Shown here in pieces: positions 1 to 13,429 of a DNA stretch of 64,000 nucleotides. The DNA lies in assembly GCF_009914755.1 (NCBI RefSeq), contig NC_060947.1, one strand, 5' to 3'. Below the pieces are notes generated by a model that saw only the letters and a list, made by a program, of their open reading frames with translations, was not told the DNA's origin and ran no database searches. This DNA is from the human T2T-CHM13v2.0 reference genome, Homo sapiens. Both the position numbers and the translations under genes were made by a program. Position 1 is the stretch's first letter. Each line of letters opens with the position of its first letter.

Positions 1-3000
1 TCTTGGGAGGGTGTATGTGTCCAGGAATTTATCCATTTCTTCTAGATTTTCTAGTTTATTTGTGTAGAAGTGTTTATAGTATTCTCTGACGGTACTTTGC
101 ATTTCTGTGGGATTGTTGGTGATATCCCCTTTATCATTTTTTATTGCGTCTATTTGATTCTTCTCTCTTCTCTTCTTTATTAGTCTGGCTATCAGTCTAT
201 TTATTTTGTTGATCTTTTCAAAAAACTGGCTCCTGGATTCATTGATTTTTTGAAGGGTTTTTCGTGTCTCTATCTCCTTCAGTTCTGCTCTAATCTTAGT
301 TATTTCTTGTCTTCTGCTAGCTTTTGAATTTGTTTGCTTTTGCTTCTCTAGTTCTTTTAATTGTGATGTTAGTGTGTCGATTTTAGATCTTTCCTGCTTT
401 CTCTTGTGGGCATTTAGTGCTATACATTTCCCTCTACACACTGCTTTAATGTGTCCCAGTGATTCTGGTATGTTGTGTCTTTGTTCTCATTGGTTCCAAA
501 GAACATCTTGATTTCTGCCTTCATTTCGTTGTTTACCCAGTAGTCATTCAGGAGCAGGTTGTTCAGTTTCCAGGTAATTGTGTGGTTTTGAGTGGGTTTC
601 TTAATCCTGAGTTCTAATTTGATTGCATTGTGGTCTGACAGACTGTTTTGTTATGATTTCCGTTCTCTTGCATTTGCTAAGGAGTGTTTTACTTCCAATT
701 ATGTAGTCAATTTTAGAATAAGTGAGATGTGGTGCTGAGAAGAACACATATTCTGTTGATTTGGGGTGGAGAGTTCTGTAGATGTCTATTAGGTCCACTT
801 GACCCAGAGCTGAGTTCAAGTCCTGGATATCCTTGTTAATTTTCTGTCTTGTTGATCTGTCTAATATTGACAGTGGGGTGTTAAAGTCTCCCACTATTAT
901 TGTGTGTGAGTCTAAGTCTCTTTGCAGGTGTCAAAGAACTTGCTTTATGAATCTGGATGCTCCCGTATTGGGTGCATATATATTTAGGATAGTTACCTCT
1001 TCTTTTGCATTGATCCCTTTACCATTATATAATGACCTTCTTTCTCTCTTTTGATCTTTGTTGGTTTAAAGTCTGTTTTATCAGAGACTAGGATTGCAAC
1101 CCCTGCTTTTTGTTTTTGTTTTTTTTTGCTTTCCATTTGCTTGGTAAATATTCTTCCATCCCTTTATTTTGAGCCTATGTGTGTCTTTGCATGTGTGATG
1201 GGTCTCCTGAATATAGCACCCTGATAGGTCTTGACTCTTTATCCAATTTGTCAGTCTGTGTCTTTTAATTGGGGCATTTAGCTAGTTCACATTTAAGGTT
1301 AATATCATTATACGTGAATTTGATCCTGTCGTTATGATGCTAGCTGGTTGTTTTGCCCATTAGTTGATGCAGTTTCTTCACAGCGTCGATGGTCTTTACA
1401 ATTTGGTATGTTTTTCCAGTGGCTGGTACCAGTTGTTCCTTTCCATGTTTACTGCTTCCTTCAGGAGCTCTTGTAAGGCAGGCCCGGTGGTGACAAAATC
1501 TCTCAGCATTTGCTTGTCTGTAAAGGATTTTATTTCTCCTTCACTTATGAAGCTTAGTTTGGCTGCATATGAAATTCTGGGTTGAAAATTCTTTTCTTTA
1601 AGAATGTTGAATATTGGCCTTCACTTTCTTCTGGCTTGTAGGGTTTCTGCAGAGATACCCACTTTTAGTCTGAAGGGGTTCCCTTTGTGGATAACCCAAC
1701 CTTTCTCTCTGGGTGCCCTTAACATTTTTTCCTTCATTTTAACCTTGGTGAATCTGACAATTATATATCTTGAGGTTGCTCTTCTGGAGGAGTATTTTTG
1801 TGGTGTTCTCTGTATTTCCTGAATTTGAATGTTGGCCTGCCTTGCTAAGTTGGGGAAGTTCTCCTGGATAATATCCTGAAGAGTGTTTTCCAACTTGGTT
1901 TCATTCTCCCCATCATTTTCAGGTACACCAATCAAACATAGATTTGGTCTTTTCACAAAGTTCCATATTTCTTGGAGGCTTCATTCGTTTCTTTTCATCC
2001 TTTTTTCTCTAATCTTTTCTTCTCGCTTTATTTCATTGAGTTGATCTTCAATCTCTGATATCCTTTCTTCTGCTTGATCATTCTGGCTGTTGATACTTGT
2101 GTATGCTTCACAAAGTTCTCATGTTGTGTTTTTCAGCTCCATTGGGTCATTTATGTCTTCTCTAAACTGGTTATTCTAGTTAGCAATTTGTCTAACCTTT
2201 TTTCAAGGTTCTTAGCTTCCTTGCATTGGTTTAGAACATGCATCTTTAGCTCGGAGGAGTTTGTTATTACCCACCTTCTGAAGCCTACTTCTGTCAGTTC
2301 ATCAAACTCATTCTCCATCCAGTTTTGTTTCCTTGCTGGCGAGGCATTGTGATCCTTTGGAAGAGAAGAGGCACTCTGGTTTTTGGAATTTTCAGCCTTT
2401 TTGTGCTGGTTTCTCTCCATCTTCGTGGATTTGATGTTGGTGACCTTTGGATGGGGTCTCTGAGTGGACGTCCTTTTTGTTGATGTTGATACTATTCCTT
2501 TCTGTTTGTTAGTTTTCCTTCTAATAGTCAGGCCCCTCTGCTGCAGGTCTGCTGGAGTTTGCTGGAGGTCCACTCCAGACCCTGTTTTCCCGGGTATCAC
2601 CAGTGGAGATGGTGTTCCTTCCTCTGGAAGCTTCGTCACAGAGAGGCACCAGCCAAATGCCATCCAGCGCTTTCCTGTATGAGCTGTCTGTCTGCCCCTA
2701 CTGGTAGGTGTCTCCCAGTCAGGATAAACAAGGGTGAAGGGCCCACTTGAGCAGGCAGTCAGTCCCTTATCAGAGCACAAACGCTGTGCTGGGAGAACCG
2801 CTGCTCTCTTCAGAGATGACAGGCAGGAACGTTTAAGTCTGCTGAAGCTGCACCCACAGCTGCCCCTTCCCCCAGGTGCTCTGTCCCAGGGAGATGGGGG
2901 TTTTATCTATAAGTCCCTGACTGGGGCTGCTGCCTTTTTTTCAGAGACACCCTGCCCAGAGAGGAGGAATCTAGAGAGGCAGGAGGCCTTGCTGAGCTGT

Positions 3001-3543
3001 GGTGGGCTCTACCCAGTTTTAACTTCCTGGTGGCTTTGTTTACACTGTGAGGGTAAAATCACCTATTCAAGCCTCGGCAATGGCAGAAGCCCCTCCCCCC
3101 ACCAAGCTCCCAGTCGACCTCAGACTGCTGTGCTAGCAGCAAGAATTTCAAGCCAGTGGATCTTAGCTTGTTGGGCTCTGTGGGGTTGGGACCCCCCGAG
3201 CCAGGCACCAGAGGGAATCTCCTGGTCTGCTGGTTGCAAAGACTGTGGGAAAAGTGCTGCATCTGGGCCAGGGTGTACTGTTTTTCCCAGTACAGTCTCT
3301 CATGGCTTACTGTGGCTAAGAAAGGGAAATCCCCCGACCCCTTGTGCTTCCTGTGTGAGGCGCTGCCCCACCCTGCTTTGGCTCGCCCTTCATGGGCTGC
3401 ACCCACTGTCCAACCAGTCCCAATGAGATGAACCGGGTACCTCAGTTGGAAATGCAGAAATCACTCGCCTTCTGCATCAATCTTGCTAGGAGTTACAGAC
3501 CAGAGCTGTTCCTGTTCGGCCATCTTGCCAGCTCTCCCGCCTC
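1..3543 (-). mobile_element. L1PA LINE-1 (about L1PA7/8-like) with intact 5' end: 5' UTR ~2421-3543, disrupted ORF1 1396-2420, ORF2 endonuclease region 1-1332; runs off the left edge
   Basis: 5' end reads ...CAAGATGGCCGAACAGGAACAGCTC (YY1 site at 3518-3527). ORF1 fragments MERNQHKK..WMENEFDEL and KRPNLCLIGVPE; ORF2 EN motif GDFNTPLS. The ORF2 start is mutated to ACG (1330-1332), with frameshifts and stops. The flank cagttgattttt|aa fits the L1 endonuclease target. Confidence 0.95.
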
Positions 3544-5232
3544 AGTTGATTTTTAACAAAGGTGCCAAGACCATTCAATGAGGAAGGAAGTCTTTTCAAC
3601 AAATGGCGTGGAACAACTGGATATCCACATGCAAGAGAATGAACTCGGACTGCTACATCACACAATATGTAATAATTAACTGAAAATGGATCAAAGCCCT
3701 AAATGTAAGCGCTAAAACTATAAAACTTTTAGAAGAAAACATATAAATATTTAGGACCTCAAATTTGGCAATGGATTCTTGTATATGACTCCAAAAGCAT
3801 GAACAACAAGAAAAAGAATAGAGTGGATTTTATTATAATTAAACATTTTCATACCTCAAAAGACACTATCAAGAAATTGAAAAGATAACCCACACAATGG
3901 GAAAAAATATTTGCAAATCATCTATCTGATAAGGAGCGTGTAATCTAGAACAGATAAAGAACTCTCACAACTGGACATCAAAAAGACAATTAACCCAATT
4001 AAAAATGGACAAATGATCTGAAAAAAAAAAAAACTGTTCTCCAAAGAAAATATTTAAGTGACTGATAAGCACATGAGAAGATGCTCAATATCATTAGCCA
4101 TCAGGGAAGTGCAAATAAAAACTACAATGAGATACCACTTCACACTCATGAGAATGGATGTTGTGTATGACTTGGATCTTTGAGTCTCCCCAAAATTAGC
4201 ATGCTAAAATTCTAACCCCCAAGGTAAGGATATTAGGAATTAGGGCCTTCAGGAGGTGATTAGGTCATGAGAGTGGAAACCTCATAAATGGTATTAGTGC
4301 CCTTATAAAAGGGGCCCAAGAAAGCTTGTTCATTGCTTCCACCACATGAGAACACAGTGAGAACACTGTCCATGAAACAGAAAGTGGGCCCTCATCACAC
4401 ACTGAATCTGTTGATGCCTTAATCTTGAATTTTGTAGCCTATAGAACTGTGTAAAATAAGTTTCTGTTGTTTATATACCACCCAGTTTATGGTATTTTGT
4501 TACAGCAACCCAAACAGACTAAGACAATGGCTATAATAAAAGAGATAACAAGTGCTGACAAAGATATGAGAAACTGAAACCTTAGTATATTGCTGATGGG
4601 AATGTATAATGGTGCAGCCATTTTGAAAAATAGCCTGGTAGCTCTTTAAAAAGTTTATGTAGAATTGTGATTTGACCTATCAATTTCACATCTAGGTATA
4701 TACTCAAGAGGAAAAAAATGACCACACAATAATTTGTACATGAATATTCATAGCAACATTATTCATAATAGCCAAAAAGTGAAAAAAGAATCATAATGTC
4801 CTTCAACCGATGAATGGATAAACAAAATGTGGTATATTTATACATTGGAATATTATTCAACCATAAAAAGGAATAAAGTACTGATGCATGCTACCAATTA
4901 ATGAACACTAAGAACATTATACTAAGTGAAAGAATCCATTTACAAAAGACTACATACTGTATGGTTTCATTTATATGAAATGCTCAGAATAGGCAAATCT
5001 ATAGAGACAGAAAGCAGATTAGTGGTTGCTTGGGGTTTGGGGAGATAAAGTTATAGAGGGATCATTGCCCACAGCTATGGGATTTCTTTTTGAGCTGGTG
5101 AAAATGTTCCAAACTTGACTGTGGTGATAGTTATAAACACCAATGAATATACTAAAAACCATTGAACTATACACTTTAAATAAGTGAATTCAGTGGTACA
5201 GTATGTGAATTACATCTCAATAAAGCTGTCAC
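3544..5232 (+). mobile_element. Old L1M (L1MB-like) 3' portion, interrupted by a MaLR LTR
   Basis: Degenerate ORF2 C-terminal and 3' UTR sequence (ttcaacaaatgg..aactggatatccacatgc; gaatggataaacaaaatgtggtata), ending tacatctcaataaagctgt. Confidence 0.85.
4159..4526 (+). mobile_element. MaLR solo LTR (MLT1A-like)
   Basis: TG...CA termini, typical end ttttgttacagcaacccaaacagactaagaca, and near-perfect 5-bp TSD atgga/atggc. Confidence 0.85.
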
Positions 5233-5267
5233 CAAATAACTATAAAGTCATAGCATGGTTGAAATTA

Positions 5268-6056
5268 TTAGGTTGGTGCAAAAGTAATTGTGATTTTCAC
5301 CTTTAAAAGTAATAAAAAGTAACTTTAAAAGTAAACAACAGATACTGGAGAGGATGTGGAGAAAAAGGAACGCTTTTACACTGTTGGTGGGAGTGTAAAT
5401 TAGTTCAACCATTGTGGAAGACAGTGTGGCAATTCCTCAAGGATCTAGAACTAGAAATACCATTTGATACAGCAATCCCATTATTGGGTATGTACCCAAA
5501 GGATTATAAATCATTCTACTATAAAGACACATGCACACGTATGTTTATGGCGGCACTGTTCACAATAGCAAAGACTTAGAACCAACCCAAATGTCCATCA
5601 ATGATAGACTGGATAAAGAAAATGTGGCACATATACACCATGGAATACTATGCAGCCATAAAAAAGGATGAGTTCATATCCTTTGCAGGGACATGGATGA
5701 AGCTGGAAACCATCATTCTCAGCAAACTAACACAAGAACAGAAAACCAAAGACTGCATGTTCTCGCTGATAAGCGGGAGTTGAACGATGAGAGTGCATGG
5801 ACACAGGGAGGGGAACATCACACACTGGGGCCTGTCGGGGTGTAGGGGTCTAGGGGAGGGATAGCATTAGGAGAAATACCTAATGCAGATGAGGGGTTGA
5901 TGGGTGCAGCAAACCACCATGGCACATGTATACCTATGTAATAAACCTGCACATTCTGCACATGTACCCCAGAACTTAAAGTATAATAATAAAAGAAAAA
6001 GAAAAAGAAAAAAAAAGTAATGGCGAAAACTTCAATTACTTTTGCACCAAACCTAA
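5268..6056. mobile_element. MADE1 (Hsmar1-derived mariner MITE) split into two arms, 5268-~5334 and ~6013-6056
   Basis: Left TIR ttaggttggtgcaaaagtaattg, right TIR caattacttttgcaccaaacctaa, with flanking TA dinucleotides at 5266-5267 and 6057-6058. Confidence 0.9.
5335..6016 (+). mobile_element. 5'-truncated L1PA (about L1PA7-like) 3' end with poly(A)
   Basis: ORF2 C-terminus MIDWIKKMWHIYTMEYYAAIKK, primate L1 3' UTR, A-tail ~5990-6016, and aaaagtaa on both sides. Confidence 0.93.
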
Positions 6057-9000
6057 TAAAAAGATGGGAGGGGTATCTTTTGTAAATACTAATCACAAAA
6101 AAAGCTGGTGTGGCTATATTCTTATTTTTAGCCTGTTCATCTTTTCCACTAAAGCTGTTAGTTCCTTGAAGGCAGGAACCATATATAACTGGGTTATGAA
6201 TTCCTAGCACCTAGCACAATGTCTGGCATGTAGAAGGCATTTATCGTCTACTTGTGGAATCACTGAATTGTTCACTGATCAATTTGCATTAAAAGTAATT
6301 GTAAATGCTACTAGCAACAATCTTACAGATGATAACAAAAAGCTAGACATAAAAGAATTTACACCATGTAATTCCATTTTTATGAATTCAAGAAGAGTCA
6401 AAAAGTAATCTATGGTGATAGAAGTTAGAAGCAAGTCTGGTGCAATTCTGGAAATGTTCTATATCTTGATCTAGGTGGTTTTATATATTAAGCAGAAGAG
6501 TTAAGTTTTTTTTTTATATTTCATTGAATGTATATTATTACTCAATAAAAATTAATAATAAAAATAATCCATATGAATACAGGTTCTGAGATTCTATGTT
6601 GCCATATACCACTTTCTCTAGGATGGTATACTTACATAGTATTCAGTGAAGTTTGTTTTTATATTAATGTCATCACCATTCCACTCCACCCCAACCAATT
6701 TACTATTGCTTGTCTTTGTCACTCAATGCACTACTGAAAGATCAAGGGCAAGAGTACCTTTTCCTAGCAAAGTTTATAAAGCTCTTCATCAAAAGCTAAA
6801 CATGTGTTACTGTGTGATCTTCCACATGCTACCTCTGGAGCATCAGATTCTGACTCACAGTTGAAAGTTGAAATAACTTATCAGTTTGAGGGTTTATAGG
6901 GCTATTCTCTATGACAGCAGATCCTGTGTATACCGTGAAATGTGCCCCATCAGCCAAAGGAACTTTCTTTAGGTGAGAAGAAAAATCTCCACAGATAATA
7001 TTTATCAATCTCAAAAGAAAAGAACTATAAGCAAAAATTACAATGAGTTGATGCAATAACTGCAGGTATCTCATGTTTTTCCTTAACCCAATATCTAGAA
7101 AACATTACAGCTTATAAAATATAAATGATTTGACTTTGGTTTATCCTGTCAGTCTTATTAAGCAGGAGAATCAACTTCCCATGTTTCCTTAACTTTTCTA
7201 TGTGCCCTGAATTATAGTTTATATTTGCCTTTACAGTTTGCATGGCAATGTGAACAAATGTACTATGATTGTCCCTGTGGATGTTTTGCATTTTCTGAAA
7301 CTAACTTCTGTCCCAAGGGTCTCTCACAAAGATAGTAAAAAATACATCTAACTAGCTTTCCCAAAGGGCTTCATAATAAGAGGGGCTGACGTCATTTTCT
7401 CTCCCAGTTAACCACCTTGTAGTTTTATGACGAATCAGAACAAGCATGATTTTTGTTCTTCATATACCTCATTTAAACATGGCTGATCCAGGACCGCTTT
7501 AAACAGCATTAAACTGTTCACTTTGGACATTCTACAGCCAATTTCTTTTTTGTGTTTAAGTGTTTTAAAATGTTAATTCTCTCTCCTTTTTCACGGTACC
7601 CTCCCTAAACTCTGGGAAATAAAACATATTAATAAATAATAACAAATAAAATTAGTAAATAAAAATAAGTTATTAAATAAAATAATTATATAGAATTATT
7701 AATTCTCTTTACCACACTGTCAACTGTCTGCAGAGTGGACAGAGTGGAAGTTGGGTAAAATCTGTTTTCCTCAGGTATGTGAGAGCACTAGCCTGTACCT
7801 GTGTCTCTTGCTGTTCACACATTCCTCTGTTGTGGAATTCAGGTCAGAAACTCCGTATCCCCCACCTCCACTCCTCCTCCTACTCTTTCCACCCTCCCTT
7901 TTCAAGGCCTCCCAAGAATGAATTCACAACCTTGGAATGAAGAAGGTGAACGAAACCTTTTCTTTTCTCATCTTAGTGTCTGTGCGCTGGTCTGGGTTTT
8001 CCCAAATTGAGTGAATTCATCAAATGTGTCGGGACAGAGGTGCTCTCTCTCATTAAGTGTACTCCAGCACAAAGGCATTTCTGTTATCTAAAGTCTAGGT
8101 CCAGTGCCTGAACTTCTGGTTGGATACCTATAGAAGCTCTGTTAACTCTTTCAGAACAGAAAGGTATGATGCAGCACTACCTGCCAGTGCTAAATAATCA
8201 TTCCACAGGCTGTTGGGGAGATAACACTTCCAATTCAAAAGTAACGCAAGTCATGATGCACCTAAGATTTATAAAATGATGTCATTCAGAAGGTGAGTCA
8301 CAGGAAGAGAGTTCATTCAGTGCTGACTGTGAAGTCAGGGAAGACAATCAATGTAATTTGACATGAGCTCCCTTTCTCTGCCTGTTCGATTTCTATGTCT
8401 CTTTCAAGGCCTAGCTCAAAGTTTCACCTGACCCAGGAAGGCTTCCCTGACCACCAAGGCAAATGCTGACCTCTCTTTCTCCTTTGATCACTTAGCACTT
8501 GCAAATGACATTTATCTCAAAATTATTTCTATTTGTAATGACTTTCTATTCATGTATATGGTGCCTCTCCATGCAGGTTACAACATTATTGAGAACAGAA
8601 ACCTTGTCTTACACATCGTATCTTCCACAAATTCAGTTATACACACAGTAGATTGGGACTCTTCAACCAAGAAGATTTTCTCTCCTTCACTAAGCCAGGC
8701 CCTAAGTATTCTTCAAGATCCATTATAAATAAGCATATAATCTACATAAGAACAGTATGTTTGTTAATGTAAATGCAGTTTCAGGACAAGTCCCTCAACC
8801 CTTCCTTCTACTCAGATTGCTATACCCTAAGCCTATTCTACATAGAAATTATGAATTAGCTATGATGGTGATGATCTGTTCTTTGAGGCCTTCCTCATCC
8901 TCTCCAAAAGTGGGTTACTCACTTAACAATCAACAATTGTTAATGTCTTTATCATTTATTGCTTAAATATAGTCAGGCGTGCACTTTTGTTTATCTCTTT

Positions 9001-9879
9001 TTATGTCTTGTTTCTCAAACTAGTCATTAAATTACTAGGTGATTTAGACCAGCACATTCTATTTCTTTTTCATCTGCCACAGCCCTTGAATGCTGTATGC
9101 ATTCAAGTAAGCAATAAAAACATGACATTCAATTAATGGAAGATATTCAGGACAACAAAAATATTAGGCAAAAAGAACAAGCAGAGAGGAGCCATCTAAC
9201 TCCCTGAAAAAAAAAAAACACATATGGAGAAGTAGGTATACTGATGTAATCATATCACAAAGACATTGTATGGAACTGATGCTCATTTGCAGTTTTTACT
9301 GATTAGTTAGATCAGTCTCTGCCTACACATGTAGGTCCTTGCTGTAGTGTTGTCCACCCTCAGTGCAAACACATCTTTCTATAGCTGATACCAAGCAAAG
9401 GAATTCCATTGAAGTCTGGTAGAAACTACCAATTAGACAAAAATGTACCTTTTTGAAAAGGCTAATTAGCTGACATTGTGGTTCAAAATGGCCAAGCAGA
9501 TACTGAAGCACAAAATGGTTAAGCAGATACTTACTGAGTTCTTTTTACACTCAAGACCCCGTGTTAGACGATGTGAGAGTTTAGTCCACAAAACAGCTGA
9601 CTATTCTTAAAATTATTGTTAAAGAGTAAAACACAAAGCCGTGAGCAATATATGTTAAAATAGTTAAAGCTCATTTGGTAGGTCAAAAAGTACTCGCCCC
9701 ACCCTACCCTCACGGCAAGAACTGACTAATGATGAATCAATCTTCGCAAATCCTTGGCACTGCCCATCTATTTTAGGCATTATCAGATTCTGATTCTGAG
9801 TCACTTTACTTTTGCAATTACTTCTGCAAATTCCCCCTCATTTTATGTAAAGAATCAAACTCAGAAATCTTAGATCTGG

Positions 9880-10320
9880 GAAAGCCTAAAAGGTTGTCCA
9901 TGGTTCTGTACCTTTTAAAATTTATGTGTGTCTGTGTGTTTTGGACATCTTCTCAGAACAATTCCTTAAATGCATAAACTAAACACATAACAGTGATTCC
10001 TACTAATTAAAGTTCAAGAACATACAGAACTGATCTATGGTGTCAGAAGTCAGGATGTGTTAGGTTCTATATTCTGTAGTGGTGGTAACATTCTTGTTCC
10101 TTGTTCTGGGTGGTAGTTATACAGTTCTATTCATCATGCAAAAATTCACTTATGATTCGTGCACTTTTCTAGATGGATGTTCTACTTCAATGAAAAAATT
10201 CAAAACTAAAATAGGACCTATAGGATTACCAAAAAAGTAGGTTACATTGAAATATAGTTCTATCCACAGACCGTTAAGGGATCGCCTTCCTTGATTAAGA
10301 CCCTAGATTAAGAACCCAGA
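9880..10320. mobile_element. hAT-Charlie-type DNA transposon fragments with an embedded old L1M 3' fragment (~10000-10200)
   Basis: ttctcagaacaattccttaaatgcataaactaaacacata ... aggattacc..ggttacattgaaatatagtt ... attaagaacccag, resembling the element at ~45770-46150. Confidence 0.5.
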
Positions 10321-12230
10321 AAAAAGAGGTAGGGTGTACAGAGAGATATATGCTAGGAACTTCTCACTTCTAAGAGTTGACAATCTGAGAAAAAAAGACT
10401 GGAAAATTGCGAATTTGGAGAAACCAATAAGTATACTTGGTAAGAGTCAAACAAGAGGGAAAGACAAAAGAGAAAAGTGGCAATAAATACTTTGGCGCTA
10501 GAGTGTCAGGGCAGAATAAGCAGAAGGATGTGGAATCCATGCTGTAAGTAGAAGGCTGTGAAGTGTTTGGATAAATTGAAGGGAGAGCATCCTTTTTGTA
10601 GTATGGCCAGTCAAAGTCTTGGGAGGCATTATATCTATTTTGCTGGCCATGGTGAAGGAGGCACATAAGTAGGTAGTATGAAATAAAGCTGCTGACTACT
10701 GCTGGGTACAGAAGGGGAGGAGGAGTTGAACTTGGATTTCTCATAAATGAAAAACCATGCAAGAATTTTTAGCAAGGCAGTAATAGAGAGAATGCTGTTT
10801 TACGAACTCATTCAGTTTAATTTAACAAACACGTATGAAATGCCCACTAAGTTCAATGTACTATGTTAGATTCTGCCCTGGTTAATGGTCTCAAATAGAC
10901 TCTAAGATTTTTTATTTTGTGCCTTTCATTAGTACTAGACCTATCTAATTTGTAAATTGTCCAATTACATTTACATTCTAGATTGGTATAAATTATACTG
11001 TAATTTCTTCAAAACAGCAACTCTTTAAATACTACAAATCAGGGAAAACTGGGGCAAAAAGACAATAGGATATGTTCCTATTTGGGTCAGGAACATGCCT
11101 CCAAGTTTTTAGTTGGATTGTTTCCAAGTGTACTGTTTGTGCAAGTGTTTTCCCTTCAGGCAATGTTCTTTTCAACACACAAAATGCTGGGGCTGGAAGG
11201 AAGATGAGACACCCAGGGAAAGCAGCAGATTTTAATCACCATTGAATAATCCAATGATTCATCCTAGTATATTTCATTATTAACCATTTTGAAAGTTTGA
11301 TAATGCAAAGGGACTATAGAAAAGCCCATCTAAGAACATAAACCCAGATAATGCAGAAGCTTCCAAAATTCCCAGCCTACTCTGATTTTCCTACTTGTTT
11401 AACATGGAGATCACACTGAATTGTAAACTAAGTATTGTCAGTCTCACATTGAAAAAGACAGTGGAGATGGCTAATTTCAGGGAGTTTACTGTGTTCCTTT
11501 TAGTGCCTGAAAGCCATTCTATTGCTGTCATCATGACTACCAGTCAAGACATGCTTTATGATTTCTATCAGACTCTGTATTCAGACTACATGGCTGCCAA
11601 TAAAACTTTTCTTTTCCGAAGGCCAGTACTGAGCCTCCTTTATTATGAGGTGAAGGTTTGTAGAGATTATTATTTGCTAGGAAAAAATGTCTTTAGACAA
11701 TTCTCTAAGAAGTGATTTCTTTGCCCTCTTTACTGCTGGGCAAATATTTTGCTGTTACTACCCCCAGGAAATAGAAGTCTCTAGGTTTGTCATTTAATTC
11801 CGCTTTCTCCCTCCTTTCCTTCCCTCTCTCCTCGCTCTTTCAGAGTCTCTTAAAATAAGAGACTTCTTTACTACAATGTTAAAAACTTTGGCCATAAATC
11901 ACATAAAGATGGTACTATCTCATTACTCATTTTTGCTTGTAATAGATTAAATTATCAGCATTTTAGTAGTCACACCCAGATTTTCATAGCTCACTTATTT
12001 TTGCTCTTAGCTCAAGGCTAGAGCTGCATCTCAGAGCAATGACAAAAGGAATATGCTTTCTATCTAGGGTCCAAATACAGCAGGGTGAAACTGCTGCCTC
12101 ATCTCACCTGAACCCCAGAGAAAAATGCCTTTTGCAATTTACAATCTGGTTTCAGAAAATCTCTTTTCCAGCTCCCACTGTGAAAAAGGACAAAAGAAAA
12201 AGTCTTATCTTCTGTTTTTTGAAAAAGGCC

Positions 12231-12284
12231 CATGTATGTATGTATGTGTGTGTGTGTGTGTATGTGTATGAATGTGTATGTGTG
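12231..12284. repeat. Imperfect (TG)n/(TATG)n microsatellite
   Basis: Seen directly. Confidence 0.85.
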
Positions 12285-13429
12285 TTTAAATATAAATGCA
12301 CAGATAAAAGATAGCCTTCATTTCTTTATATAGTAATGAATTAAGCCTTTCTTTTACTCACGTTGTAAATATTTGCCCAAATGTGGCATTTGCCTACTAT
12401 TTTTTCCATGAACTATTTTTGACACAAAAAATTTAGAAAGTGTTCAAAGGTATCAAGAATTTTCTTTAGCCTTTCAGGCTTTATAACATCCTTAGAATTT
12501 AGAAAGTCATTCCCTATTCCACACTTATATGAGAATATTTCTCTATGTTCTCTTGTAGAATTTTTCAAGGTTTTGTCTCTCACATTTAAGATTTTATTAT
12601 ACCCGATGTATATTGTGGTGTCTTGTATGCAATACAGATTTCACTTTTTCAAAATTACTGTCAACTATCTCCAAAAAAGCTGATTTGAGGTGCTACCTTC
12701 ACTATTTATTAAGTTCATATATATATTTAGATATGTGTCTGAAAATAGTCATTTCTTGAGTCCTTAAAAATGTGCACATCCTTTGACATAGTAATTTTAT
12801 GTGTAGTTATGTTCCCTAAGGAAAATAAGTAAGTATAAAGCCTCAGCTATAAAAGTGTTAATCACAGTATTATTTTCAAGAACTTAGGTTGAAAACAACC
12901 TAAAATGTGTAACAATATGGGAGTAAAATATAATATCTATTTAATATGATAAAATGTGGTCATTAATAGGTGATGTATAAGGCTGTTAGGGAGATTATAT
13001 TAAATATATTCATGATACTGATAAATGAAAATAGGTTACGATAGCATAATATGTACAGTATGGTCACATTCCTTTACAATACAAATATATACACATACAT
13101 AAAATCTATTGGAAGGATATGAACTGAAAAAGTTAAAAATTGTGGAATTATGGGTGGGTACTCTTACTTTTCTTCCTTATTCTTTTCTGCATTTTTCCAT
13201 TTTTCTACAATGCAGGTATATTATTTTGTAATCAGGCAACATAAGTTTTATTTTTAACTAAAATAAAAATTTGCAGCATTTACATGTTAACAGGGAGTAA
13301 CCAAACTGAAAACCAAGACCTAAAACTCACAGCTTATTGCTTTTAAAATGTTTCATCCACTATGGAGGTCAAGTGAATTGCCAGGGAGTTATCCATGTAC
13401 TATTGTGGGGAAATCTCTCTACTGAGATG

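Noticed and set aside
2734-3426. 230-aa plus-strand ORF
   Set aside because: Antisense frame across the GC-rich L1 5' UTR with a non-ATG start. Only the ORF0-like frame is recognisable.
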